NCBI GenBank assembly: GCA_033764955.1
Contig: JANRIL010000019.1
Coordinates: 64,001-128,000 of the forward strand
Direction of reading: 5' to 3'
DNA from: Cyanobacteriota bacterium
GTDB lineage: Bacteria; Cyanobacteriota; Cyanobacteriia; Thermostichales; Thermostichaceae
Length of the DNA: 64,000 nucleotides
Position 1 is the first letter of the stretch. Every line of letters begins with the position of its first letter. Shown here in pieces: positions 40,831-50,430 of the stretch. The notes beneath the pieces were generated by a model. The model searched no databases. It saw only the letters and a program-made list of their open reading frames with translations, and was not told the DNA's origin. Position numbers and translations under genes: made by a program.

Positions 40831-42072
40831 TTAGCGGATGTATTCTTTCAAGACGCTGTTGCGATTGGGATGGCGTAGTTTGCGGAGGGCTTTGGCTTCG
40901 ATTTGCCGAATCCGCTCGCGAGTGACATTAAAAATCTGGCCGATTTCCTCTAGGGTTTTCATGCGCCCATCATCCAGACCATAGCGCAGCTTTAGCACAT
41001 CCCGTTCGCGGGGGGTCAATGTGCCCAAAACACTTTCTAAATCTTCCCGCAACAGCACTTTCGCTACGCGATCCTCCGGGGTTTCGCCATCCGATTCGAT
41101 AAAGTCTCCCAAGCGGGAGTCTTCTTCCTTGCCAATGGGGGTCTCTAGAGAAATGGGCAGTTGAGCCGACTTGGCAATAAACCGCAGCTTCTCGATGGTG
41201 ATTTCCATGCGGGTGGCAATTTCTTCTTCGCTGGGTTTGCGCCCCAGTTCTTGAGAAAGTAGTTTGGTGACTTTCTTGATGCGAGAGATGGTTTCGTAGA
41301 GGTGAACTGGTAGGCGGATCGTGCGGGATTGATCGGCGATGGCGCGGGTGATGGCTTGGCGAATCCACCAGGTGGCGTAGGTGGAGAATTTGTAGCCTTT
41401 TTCGTGGTCAAACTTTTCGGCGGCACGGATTAGCCCCAGGGATCCCTCTTGGATCAAATCCTGAAAGGAAAGTCCTCGGTTCATGTATTTTTTGGCAATC
41501 GACACCACCAAGCGCAGGTTTGACTGCACCATCTTTTCCTTCGCTCGCCGTCCACGGTAGAGTCGCCGCCGAAAATCGGGGAGGGGCATGTTAACTTCTT
41601 CTGCCCAGTGGGAATCGGGAACTTCTTCCGGATCTTCCCACAAGCCCATCCGGTCAAAGATTTTTTCGCGGATGCGTTCCAGTTCCAACAGGTCGGCGAT
41701 TTTCCGCGCCAGTTCGATTTCTTCGTCCGCCCGCAACAGTCGAATCCGCCCAATTTCTTGGAGATAGACCCGGATCGAGTCATCGGTATAGTGCTTTTTC
41801 TTGGCTGGGGTGCGGCGACGGGAGCGAGACTTGCTGGGAGATGCAGCTTCTTCTCCCTCTTCCCCTTCCATGTCTAGGTCTTCGTCAAGATCAAGGTCTT
41901 CGTCCTCGCTCTCCAAGGAATCGGAGTCCACGCCTCTGGCGATACCACCTGCTGGGGGAACCGGAGCAAGCAGATCCGTCGCTAACTCTGGGTTGGCATC
42001 GTCAAGGGATGGGTCATCCAACTCCAATGGGCTAGAGGTCAACGGTTTCAGCAGTGGTTTCGCTTGCGTCAT
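40831..42072 (-). CDS. sigA: Principal RNA polymerase sigma factor
   Basis: MTQA start after [27 protein letters not shown]; region 2 [12 protein letters not shown]; region 4 ending [15 protein letters not shown]. Confidence 0.97.
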   Translation of the reverse strand: MTQAKPLLKPLTSSPLELDDPSLDDANPELATDLLAPVPPAGGIARGVDSDSLESEDEDLDLDEDLDMEGEEGEEAASPSKSRSRRRTPAKKKHYTDDSIRVYLQEIGRIRLLRADEEIELARKIADLLELERIREKIFDRMGLWEDPEEVPDSHWAEEVNMPLPDFRRRLYRGRRAKEKMVQSNLRLVVSIAKKYMNRGLSFQDLIQEGSLGLIRAAEKFDHEKGYKFSTYATWWIRQAITRAIADQSRTIRLPVHLYETISRIKKVTKLLSQELGRKPSEEEIATRMEITIEKLRFIAKSAQLPISLETPIGKEEDSRLGDFIESDGETPEDRVAKVLLREDLESVLGTLTPRERDVLKLRYGLDDGRMKTLEEIGQIFNVTRERIRQIEAKALRKLRHPNRNSVLKEYIR

Positions 42073-42599
42073 GCTGGTCTCCTCATATTCCAGGGCAGGG
42101 TAGGGTAGGTGATCTAAGCCGTCAGGAGAGTGAAGTTGGTCTCCCTCCCCTCTGGCGGCTGGGTCAAAAGCTGAGGATCCCATCGATTCCCCACTGCCCT
42201 ATCTTGCCCAAAAGCAGGCTGACGAAGAGCTCTTTTGGGGTGTTGATAGGCATCTCCCTCGAGGAGACAAATGGAGTGATCCAAAGCTGGTCTCATAGTC
42301 TATGACTGGTGCTTTCCGTGAAGCGACGATTTTCTGTGTCTGAGCAACCATCTAAGCCCCAAACAAACTGTAGAGTTTAGATACTGTTTAGATATCAATT
42401 ACCCTCATCAACGCTCAACATCTCCCAAAAATGGGTCAATAAAGGAGGGTTTTTCAGACCGAGAGAAATCAACTGTAGCCGTTCACACAAAACATCCTTC
42501 CTAAGTTAGCCCGACGTTTGGCAAACAGCAACAGGTTCGGGACAAAATTTGGAGAGAATCTGAAATTTATCGGGGAAATTGCCAGGAGGGGGACGAAAT

Positions 42600-42992
42600 A
42601 TGGGGGAGGATGCCGTTGCCGACCAGCCATGCCTATGGATCCCGCTGTTTGTTTATGGATCGCTGATGCGGGGAGGGCAGTATCACCATCTGTTAGGGGG
42701 GGGTGAGTTTGTGGCCGAAGACTGTTTGCCCAATGCCCAAATGTATGACTTGGGGCCTTATCCGATGGTGATTTGGGGATCCCGGTGCGTCTATGGGGAG
42801 CGCTATCGGTTACCTGTGCATCGCCTGCCGACTCTGGATGCTTTGGAGGAGCATCCCCATGTGTATGAGCGGCAGTGGGCGGACTTAGCCAGTGGTGAGT
42901 CAGCCTGGGTCTATGTGGGGCGACCCCAGTTCACCCATGGTTATGCTGAGATTATCGAGGGAAAGTGGCTAAGGAGGTCGTCCATTCTGTGA
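42600..42992 (+). CDS. Gamma-glutamylcyclotransferase family protein
   Basis: LFVYGSLMRG, GPYP, LDALEE, AWVY. Confidence 0.88.
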   Translation: MGEDAVADQPCLWIPLFVYGSLMRGGQYHHLLGGGEFVAEDCLPNAQMYDLGPYPMVIWGSRCVYGERYRLPVHRLPTLDALEEHPHVYERQWADLASGESAWVYVGRPQFTHGYAEIIEGKWLRRSSIL

Positions 42993-45451
42993 CAGAAGCG
43001 AGGGTTGGTCAAGCTTATGGGGATCCCCTGCCCTTCGAGCGGCTCCACAAAGCCCTTGCGGTAGAGGCGGAGCAGGGGTTTGCGGATTTGCAGGGGCGGC
43101 AACAAAAGTTTTCGCAATTTTTGGCGGGATCCCTTGCCCAGCATCCGCCAGCGGAATGGCACCTGGACGAGGATGACCGACGCAAATGGCGGGAATTGGG
43201 ATCCCGTTATGGGGAGTATGCGGACTTGCCCCTGGGGGAACGGCAACATCTGGTGGCGGAGACCCGGCGCTGGCTCTATCAGGTCAAAAAGCAACTGGAA
43301 CCCCCCCCCGCCCCCAAGCCCTCCTATCTACCCAAAAGTGAGCTATCGCTAGAACAATCGGTGCAGTTTCTCAAGGGAATGGGGCCAAAATCTGCCGAAA
43401 AATTGGCGCAGTTGGGAATATTGACCGTTAGGGATGTTTTGTATTACTTTCCCCGCGATTACATTAACTATGCCAATCAAGTCTTGATTCGAGAGGCTCG
43501 TCCTGGAGAAACGGTCACGCTGGTGGGCACGGTGCGGAGTTGTCGTGTTTTTAGCAGCCCAAAGAACAAAAATCTGACCATTTTTAACCTGAAATTGGCG
43601 GATGCTAGTGGGGTCATCACCCTGAGCCGCTTTTATGCAGGCCGACAATTTGCCCATCGCGGTTGGCAAGAAGCTTGGCAACGTCAATTTCCTCCTGGGG
43701 TGATGGTGGCTGCCAGTGGATTGGTCAAAACCAGCAAACTTGGCTTGACTTTAGAGGAACCCCAAATCGAGGTTTTATCGGAGGAAACCGCCGACATTCG
43801 CTCCCTCAAAATAGGCAAGATTTTGCCTGTCTATCCCTTGACCGAGGGTATCACCGCCGATTTGGTGCGAAAAGCCGTGCAAGCCGCCTTGCCTGCTGTT
43901 GTGCATCTGTCGGACAGTTTGCTGGGATCCTGGCGGCAAACTTGGGGGTTGATGGATTTGCCCCATGCGGTTCAGTCCATCCATTTCCCTGAAAATTCGG
44001 AGCAACTAAGTCAAGCCCGCCGCCGCCTGGTGTTTGATGAGTTTTTTCTTCTACAATTGGGACTTTTGCAACGGCGACAAGCCTATCGTAGTCAAGCCCA
44101 ATCGGTGCCTCGGTTTCAGCCGCTAGCCGGCGAATTGGTGGATCGCTTCTATCAAATTTTGCCTTTTGCTCTGACTGGGGCACAGCAGCGGGTGGTGGAT
44201 GAAATCCTTCAGGATTTACGGGATCCCATGCCCATGAATCGGTTGGTGCAGGGGGATGTGGGATCGGGAAAAACAGTTGTGGCCGTGATTGCTTTGTTAG
44301 CCGCCATTCAATCGGGATGGCAAACTGCTTTGATGGCTCCCACCGAGGTTTTGGCTGAGCAACACTATCGCAAATTGGTGGAATGGTTCAGTCAATTGCA
44401 GTTACCCGTAGAGTTGCTGACGGGATCCACTCCTGCCGCCAAACGACGGGAAATTGCCCGCCAATTAGAAACTGGAGAACTATCCCTCTTGGTGGGCACT
44501 CATGCCCTTATTCAACCCAATGTCAAGTTTCAAAATTTAGGTTTAGTGATTATTGATGAACAACACCGCTTTGGGGTCGGACAGCGAGCTAAACTGCAAG
44601 AAAAAGGCCGTCACCCTGATGTTTTGAGTATGACCGCAACGCCGATTCCTCGCACCTTAACCTTAACTATTCATGGGGATTTGGATATCAGTCAAATTGA
44701 CGAATTGCCACCGGGACGCAAGCCGATTCAAACAACCGTGTGTCGCCCACGAGATCGCCATCATATTTATGATCTGATACAGCGAGAAATCGTGCAGGGA
44801 CGGCAAGCTTATGTGGTATTGCCTCTCATTGAAGAATCTGAAAAACTTGATCTGAAGTCAGCCATAGAAGAATACCAAAGGCTACAGGAGAAAGTTTTCC
44901 CCCAGTTTCAGGTGGGTTTACTGCATGGTCGGATGAGTTCTGCCGAAAAGGATCAGGTGATTGAGTCTTTTCGCCAGCGAACGCTGCACATTTTAGTCTC
45001 CACAACCGTTGTAGAAGTGGGGGTGGATATTCCCAATGCGTCGGTGATGCTGATCGAACATGCCGAACGCTTTGGGCTTTCTCAACTGCATCAATTGCGG
45101 GGGCGGGTGGGGCGAGGATCCGATCAGTCGTTTTGTTTGTTGATGACCCCCTCGCAGTCGGATACGGCTCTGCAACGCTTAAAAGTTTTGGAACAGTCCA
45201 ACGACGGCTTTTTTATTGCCGAAATGGATTTGCGCTTCCGTGGCCCTGGGGAAGTGATGGGAACCCGCCAATCGGGCTTACCCGACTTTGCCCTGGCTAG
45301 CCTGATCGAAGATCACGACGTGCTGGAGTTAGCCCGCTCAGCCGCCGAAGCCGTGTTGGCCGAGGATCCCGATCTTGAGCGCTATCCTCACCTGCAAGCG
45401 GTTTTGCAAGCACAACAGTCTCGGCTGTTGGGGCAAGCCATTTTTACATGA
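42965..45451 (+). CDS. recG: ATP-dependent DNA helicase RecG
   Basis: [44 protein letters not shown]; cyanobacterial N-terminal extension. Confidence 0.96.
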   Translation: MAKEVVHSVTEARVGQAYGDPLPFERLHKALAVEAEQGFADLQGRQQKFSQFLAGSLAQHPPAEWHLDEDDRRKWRELGSRYGEYADLPLGERQHLVAETRRWLYQVKKQLEPPPAPKPSYLPKSELSLEQSVQFLKGMGPKSAEKLAQLGILTVRDVLYYFPRDYINYANQVLIREARPGETVTLVGTVRSCRVFSSPKNKNLTIFNLKLADASGVITLSRFYAGRQFAHRGWQEAWQRQFPPGVMVAASGLVKTSKLGLTLEEPQIEVLSEETADIRSLKIGKILPVYPLTEGITADLVRKAVQAALPAVVHLSDSLLGSWRQTWGLMDLPHAVQSIHFPENSEQLSQARRRLVFDEFFLLQLGLLQRRQAYRSQAQSVPRFQPLAGELVDRFYQILPFALTGAQQRVVDEILQDLRDPMPMNRLVQGDVGSGKTVVAVIALLAAIQSGWQTALMAPTEVLAEQHYRKLVEWFSQLQLPVELLTGSTPAAKRREIARQLETGELSLLVGTHALIQPNVKFQNLGLVIIDEQHRFGVGQRAKLQEKGRHPDVLSMTATPIPRTLTLTIHGDLDISQIDELPPGRKPIQTTVCRPRDRHHIYDLIQREIVQGRQAYVVLPLIEESEKLDLKSAIEEYQRLQEKVFPQFQVGLLHGRMSSAEKDQVIESFRQRTLHILVSTTVVEVGVDIPNASVMLIEHAERFGLSQLHQLRGRVGRGSDQSFCLLMTPSQSDTALQRLKVLEQSNDGFFIAEMDLRFRGPGEVMGTRQSGLPDFALASLIEDHDVLELARSAAEAVLAEDPDLERYPHLQAVLQAQQSRLLGQAIFT

Positions 45452-45609
45452 GCCAGGCAGACCGATGGGAGGGGATCCCCGAAACAGGCATTTGGCGAGT
45501 CTTTTCCAAAAGGTTTTCAGAAAGGGTAGATCCGGTTGACCGTCGTCTCTCGGGCAAAGCCTTAAGATATGTGCGTTAAGATATGTGAAGTTGATTTCTC
45601 CGGCATCCA

Positions 45610-47451
45610 ATGGCGATCCCTCCTGTTTTAGATGCTCCTGCCACCACTCCCCGCCTGCCCAGCGGAGCCTTGTCGGTACACCGATTGGATCCCCCCCTGC
45701 GCTACGACCCGACGGCTATTGCCCAGGAATATCGCGGCCAATACGGTCAGGTTTGGCGTCGCCTGTTTAGCCTGGTCTACCCGTTTGTGGCGCTGCTGGT
45801 GCAGGTGTTTTGGGATCGCCTGTGGGGACAAGAACACCAGCAACGACCTCGCCATGCCATCCGGTTGCGGGAAATTTTAACGGAATTGGGGCCAACCTCC
45901 ATCAAAATTGGGCAGGCGCTTTCCACCCGTCCAGATTTGGTCTCACCCCTCTTTTTGGAGGAACTGACCAAGCTACAGGATGAACTACCCCCCTTTGACA
46001 ATCAAATTGCTTTTGATTTGATCACCGCCGAATTGGGCTTGCCTCCCCACGAAATTTATCGAGAAATGAGTGCTCAGCCGATTGCTGCTGCCAGCTTGGG
46101 GCAGGTTTATCAAGCCTATCTAAAAACGGGAGAAAAAGTAGCGGTTAAAGTGCAAAGACCGGATCTGATCAAACATATCTCTATTGATATGTATATCATC
46201 CGCTCCTTGGCTGCCTGGGCAAAACGAACCTTTCCCAAAATTCGTAGCGATTTGGTGGGAATTGTGGATGAATTTGCCAGCCGTCTCTACGAAGAAATGG
46301 ACTATACCCAAGAGGGAGAAAACGCCGAGCGTTTTTTACAGCTTTATCGTCATCCTTCAATCTATGCCCCCAGAATCTACTGGCCTTACACGGGTCGGAA
46401 GGTCTTGACAATGGAATGGATTGACGGGATAAAACTTACCCAGTTGGAAAAAATTACGGCGGCGGGTTTGAATGGGCGGCAACTTATTGAAGTGGGGGTA
46501 AACTGTTCCCTCAGACAGCTTTTAGAAAATGGTTTCTTTCATGCGGATCCCCATCCTGGCAACCTATTAGCGATGCCCGACGGACGATTGGCCTACATTG
46601 ACTTTGGCATGATGAGTGCCATTCAACCTCATCAACGCTATGGATTGATCAAGGCGATTGTTCACCTAGTGAATCGAGATTTTTCGGGTTTAGCCCATGA
46701 CTATGTGGAACTTGAGTTCTTGACAAAAGACACTGATCTAACCCCTATCATTCCAGCTTTGGGTCATGTATTTGCCGAGGCGATGGGGGCAAGTGTGGCG
46801 GAAATGAACTTTAAGAGCATGACGGATAAATTGTCAGCGGTGATGTATGACTATCCATTTCGTGTACCTGCTTACTATGCCTTAATCATTCGCTCCCTGC
46901 TCACATTAGAAGGTATTGCCATCAGCTTGGATCCCAACTTCAAGGTGTTAAGCGTTGCCTATCCCTACGTAGCTGGTCGATTGCTGAGTGATCCGGCTCC
47001 TGAGCTACGCATTTCTCTCAAAGAATTGCTATTTGGTGAAGGACAATTTCGTTGGAATCGTCTAGAAAATTTATTGCGAAATGCCTCCAAAAGTGAAGAC
47101 TTCGATCTGGAGGGATCCCTAGAGAAAGTCCTGGATTTCATCTTCTCTGAGCGGGGAACGTTCCTGCGGGAAGGTTTGGTGGAGGCGATCTTTACCCCCA
47201 GCTCTTCCAACGGATCCCAGCCGCAGCAGGGCTGGCATCATCTGCAACGGGTCTGGCAACTCCTTTCGGAAAATCCCTCCTTTCAACCCCTCAACCTGTT
47301 GCCGGTGGTTGCTAAAGTTGCCACCAAACCAGAAGCTCAGCAATGGGGGCAGCAGTTGGCCTCGCGCTGGTTGCAGCGCTCGGCGGCTCAGTGGTTGCGT
47401 CAGTGGTTTGCTCCCGCCCAACTGCCTGCCTCTACCCTGCGAGATCCCTAA
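45610..47451 (+). CDS. ABC1/AarF/UbiB atypical kinase
   Basis: IKIGQALSTRPD, AAASLGQVY, VAVKVQRP, FFHADPHPGN, IDFGM. Confidence 0.94.
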   Translation: MAIPPVLDAPATTPRLPSGALSVHRLDPPLRYDPTAIAQEYRGQYGQVWRRLFSLVYPFVALLVQVFWDRLWGQEHQQRPRHAIRLREILTELGPTSIKIGQALSTRPDLVSPLFLEELTKLQDELPPFDNQIAFDLITAELGLPPHEIYREMSAQPIAAASLGQVYQAYLKTGEKVAVKVQRPDLIKHISIDMYIIRSLAAWAKRTFPKIRSDLVGIVDEFASRLYEEMDYTQEGENAERFLQLYRHPSIYAPRIYWPYTGRKVLTMEWIDGIKLTQLEKITAAGLNGRQLIEVGVNCSLRQLLENGFFHADPHPGNLLAMPDGRLAYIDFGMMSAIQPHQRYGLIKAIVHLVNRDFSGLAHDYVELEFLTKDTDLTPIIPALGHVFAEAMGASVAEMNFKSMTDKLSAVMYDYPFRVPAYYALIIRSLLTLEGIAISLDPNFKVLSVAYPYVAGRLLSDPAPELRISLKELLFGEGQFRWNRLENLLRNASKSEDFDLEGSLEKVLDFIFSERGTFLREGLVEAIFTPSSSNGSQPQQGWHHLQRVWQLLSENPSFQPLNLLPVVAKVATKPEAQQWGQQLASRWLQRSAAQWLRQWFAPAQLPASTLRDP

Positions 47452-48446
47452 AGAGCCTGCGCCAGGATCTCTGCATCCACGTTGCCCCCTGACAGCACCA
47501 GTCCAACCCGCTTCCCTTGAATGGCTAGCTTGTGGGAGAGAAGCGCCGCCACTGCCACCGCCCCCGTTGGTTCGACGACCATCTTCATGCGATAAAGCAA
47601 AAACCGCATCGCCTGCAAAATCTCCGCATCGGAAACCAACAGCACTCCGTCCACCATCTGTCGAATCACCGCAAAGGTACACACTCCGGGATAGGTGGTG
47701 CGGATCCCGTCGGCAATCGTATCAGGCACAGGGATCCGCACCCGCTCTCCCTTTTGCAGGGATTGGTAAAAATCATCCCCAGTTTCTGGTTCCACGCCAT
47801 AGATCGTGATGGTGGGGTTGACGGTGCGAGCCACCATACTGCATCCGCTCAGTAACCCCCCGCCGCCCAGGGGCACCATCAATACATCCAGATCCGCCAC
47901 CTGCTGAAATAGCTCCAGGGCAACCGTTCCCTGTCCGGCGATAATTTGCCAGTCATCATAGGGAGGAATCAGGGTCAGCCCTCGCTCCCTGGCCAACTCT
48001 TGGGCGATCGCCTCGCGGTCTTGCTGTTGCCGATCATAATCCACGATCTCCGCCCCATAGCCGAGTGTGGCTTGCCGTTTGGCCTGAGGAGCATCGTTGG
48101 GCATGACAATTGTGGCCGGGATCCCCAGGGTTTTAGCGGCGATGGCGACCCCTTGGGAATGGTTTCCTGACGAAAAGGCCACTACCCCCCGCTCTCGCTC
48201 CCCTGTCCCCAATTGTAGGATCCGATTCATGGCTCCCCGCACCTTGAAGGATCCCCCCCGTTGGTAGTGTTCTCCCTTGAAAAAGCATTGATTATGGACA
48301 ATCTGGTCAAAAGTTCGACTGGTGAATAAGGGCGTGGGTTGGAGGAAGGGGGTGATCCGATTGGCGGCAGCCTCAATGTCGCGGATTGTCAGGGGAAGTG
48401 GAGCCGGACTATTGGTGAAGGGAGGAGAAACCGTCATTATCTTCAT
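47448..48446 (-). CDS. PLP-dependent Ser/Thr dehydratase-family ammonia-lyase
   Basis: KGEHYQRGGSFKVRGA (PLP Lys), SSGNHSQG, LGGGGLLSG, LSGGNVD. Confidence 0.9.
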   Translation of the reverse strand: MKIMTVSPPFTNSPAPLPLTIRDIEAAANRITPFLQPTPLFTSRTFDQIVHNQCFFKGEHYQRGGSFKVRGAMNRILQLGTGERERGVVAFSSGNHSQGVAIAAKTLGIPATIVMPNDAPQAKRQATLGYGAEIVDYDRQQQDREAIAQELARERGLTLIPPYDDWQIIAGQGTVALELFQQVADLDVLMVPLGGGGLLSGCSMVARTVNPTITIYGVEPETGDDFYQSLQKGERVRIPVPDTIADGIRTTYPGVCTFAVIRQMVDGVLLVSDAEILQAMRFLLYRMKMVVEPTGAVAVAALLSHKLAIQGKRVGLVLSGGNVDAEILAQAL

Positions 48447-48449
48447 GGT

Positions 48450-48911
48450 TTAGTGAATAAACCGATCCAGGGCACGTTTCAGTTCTTCCAGCTCCATCTC
48501 AATATTGCCCGTCTCGGCGGCATGGACAATGCAACTGCTGATATGGTCATCCAAAATTAAGCGAGCCACCCGATCCAAAGCTCCCCTGACCGCCGCAATC
48601 TGCAACAGCACATCGGGGCAGGGCTGCCCTTCCGCAATCATTGAGCGGATCCCATGCACATGCCCTTCAATGCGCGCCATCCGATTGAGGAGCTTGCGCT
48701 GCGCTTCCGGATCATGCTGGTGGGCATGGGCACGTCCCGACAGGGGTGGGTTTTCTAGAGCGATCTCCAACTCATCTTGCCAGTCATCCTGGACAGACTC
48801 AGAACCGACCCGCGTATCGCGAGATTCTTGGGTGGAGACATGAGATGGCAGCGATGGGGAAAGGGGGGAATGAACGTGTTGATGGTGGGGGTTGCCAGAG
48901 AAGGTAGACAT
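48450..48911 (-). CDS. CsoR/RcnR-family metal-sensing repressor (InrS-like)
   Basis: His-rich N-terminus, HAHQH, NRMARIEGHV, CPDVLLQIAAV, DDHISSC. Confidence 0.88.
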   Translation of the reverse strand: MSTFSGNPHHQHVHSPLSPSLPSHVSTQESRDTRVGSESVQDDWQDELEIALENPPLSGRAHAHQHDPEAQRKLLNRMARIEGHVHGIRSMIAEGQPCPDVLLQIAAVRGALDRVARLILDDHISSCIVHAAETGNIEMELEELKRALDRFIH

Positions 48912-49259
48912 AAAAAGCAGGCTAGCCACTCTAAGGTAGTGGGATGAGCATCTCTCCATAGTCGAAAAGGAACTAAGGACAGACATTCTCCAGGCATCTT
49001 ATCTCAGATCCCCAGTGGGGTTGGAAAAGCGGGAGCGGCTCTTCCAATATCTCCAGAGGGATCCCTTAACCCATACTCCACACTATTTCACCATTCACAG
49101 CCGTAAAATCTAGGGAATTTCCCCCTTGCTATCAATTTGTAGTCCCTACGCGATCTCTCCTGTACAATTGCCTCAGTTATGGAAAGTAGGGCAATCTTGC
49201 CTAGCTAAGCAGTATGTTGAGTGGATTTCGCCCCGCCCTTTTTCTCGCGTGATTTGGTG

Positions 49260-50339
49260 ATGAATGGATTCTTGCCCTCCCTAAAACTGCTGAGTGTATT
49301 GGCATTCTGGGCATTGCTTAGCCCTCCTGTCTGCCTTGCCCAGTCTGATTTGCCGGTTCCTAATCCCGCCCAGCCCCGCCTCGATGTAGAGTTGCCCCAG
49401 CCCCAAAAACGCTACATCTTAGGTGCTGGAGATCGGGTGCAGATCAATGTCTTTAATGTGCCGGAGTTTACGGGCGAACAACAAATTTTATTGGATGGAT
49501 CGATTACCCTGCCACTGGTGGGATCCATCACCGTAGAGGGACTAACCCTACAGCAAGCCGCCGATGAAATTACCTTTCGCCTGTCGGCCTTTTTGGAGCG
49601 TCCCATTGTTAACGTGTTGCTGCTGGCAGCTCGTCCCCTGCGGATTGCCGTGATTGGAGAGGTCAACCGTCCGGGTGTTTATACGCTACCCAGTGGCACC
49701 TCCACGACGACGGCAGGAGCTAACCAGCCCAGGATCCCCACCGTCAGCGAACTCATTCAGACGGCAGGTGGCATTACCCAAACGGCTAACATTCGCAACA
49801 TTCAAGTCCGCCGCCCTCAAATTGGTTCGACCGGGGTCAACCAGAGTTTTACCGTTAATCTTTGGGACGTGTTGCAGGGAGGGGATCCCCAAAAAGATTT
49901 GCTCTTGTTTGATGGCGACTCGGTGTTTATCCCCACCGTCGTGGATCTGGCTGCCGAAGAAGCCAGCCAGCTAGCCAGTGCCAACTTTGCTCCCGATGAA
50001 ATTGCCGTCAACGTTGTGGGGGAAGTGGTCAACCCTGGGCAACTGCGCCTCACCCCCAATGCCACCCTCAATGAGGCGATTCTGACGGCGGGAGGACTCA
50101 ACCAGCGGGCGGATCCCAACGCTGTTGAACTGATTCGCCTCAATCCCAACGGCAGTGTTTCCCGACAGGAGGTGGTGGTGGATTTCAGTCAAGGCTTGAA
50201 TGCCCCCCAAAATCCCGCCCTGCAAAATACGGATATCATTGTCGTCAAGCCGACGGAATATGTGCAGGCTTCCGATAGCTTCGAGCTTTTTATAAGTCCT
50301 CTCCTCAATATCAGCAATGCCCTGCGTATTTTCCGTTAA
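49260..50339 (+). CDS. wza: Polysaccharide export protein (Wza/OPX, SLBB domains)
   Basis: YILGAGDRVQINVF, DGSITLPLVG, VIGEVNRPG, VVGEVVNPG. Confidence 0.88.
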   Translation: MNGFLPSLKLLSVLAFWALLSPPVCLAQSDLPVPNPAQPRLDVELPQPQKRYILGAGDRVQINVFNVPEFTGEQQILLDGSITLPLVGSITVEGLTLQQAADEITFRLSAFLERPIVNVLLLAARPLRIAVIGEVNRPGVYTLPSGTSTTTAGANQPRIPTVSELIQTAGGITQTANIRNIQVRRPQIGSTGVNQSFTVNLWDVLQGGDPQKDLLLFDGDSVFIPTVVDLAAEEASQLASANFAPDEIAVNVVGEVVNPGQLRLTPNATLNEAILTAGGLNQRADPNAVELIRLNPNGSVSRQEVVVDFSQGLNAPQNPALQNTDIIVVKPTEYVQASDSFELFISPLLNISNALRIFR

Positions 50340-50430
50340 TTCCCTTGCCTTCCGTTGACTGAAGATCCCATGAATTGGATCCCGTAAACAACCCCCATCC
50401 CTAGCTCCCGTTCTGTACCCCGTGACACCT

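Noticed and set aside
42370..42384. Possible NtcA box upstream of sigA
   Set aside because: The spacing is GTA-N9-TAC, not N8.
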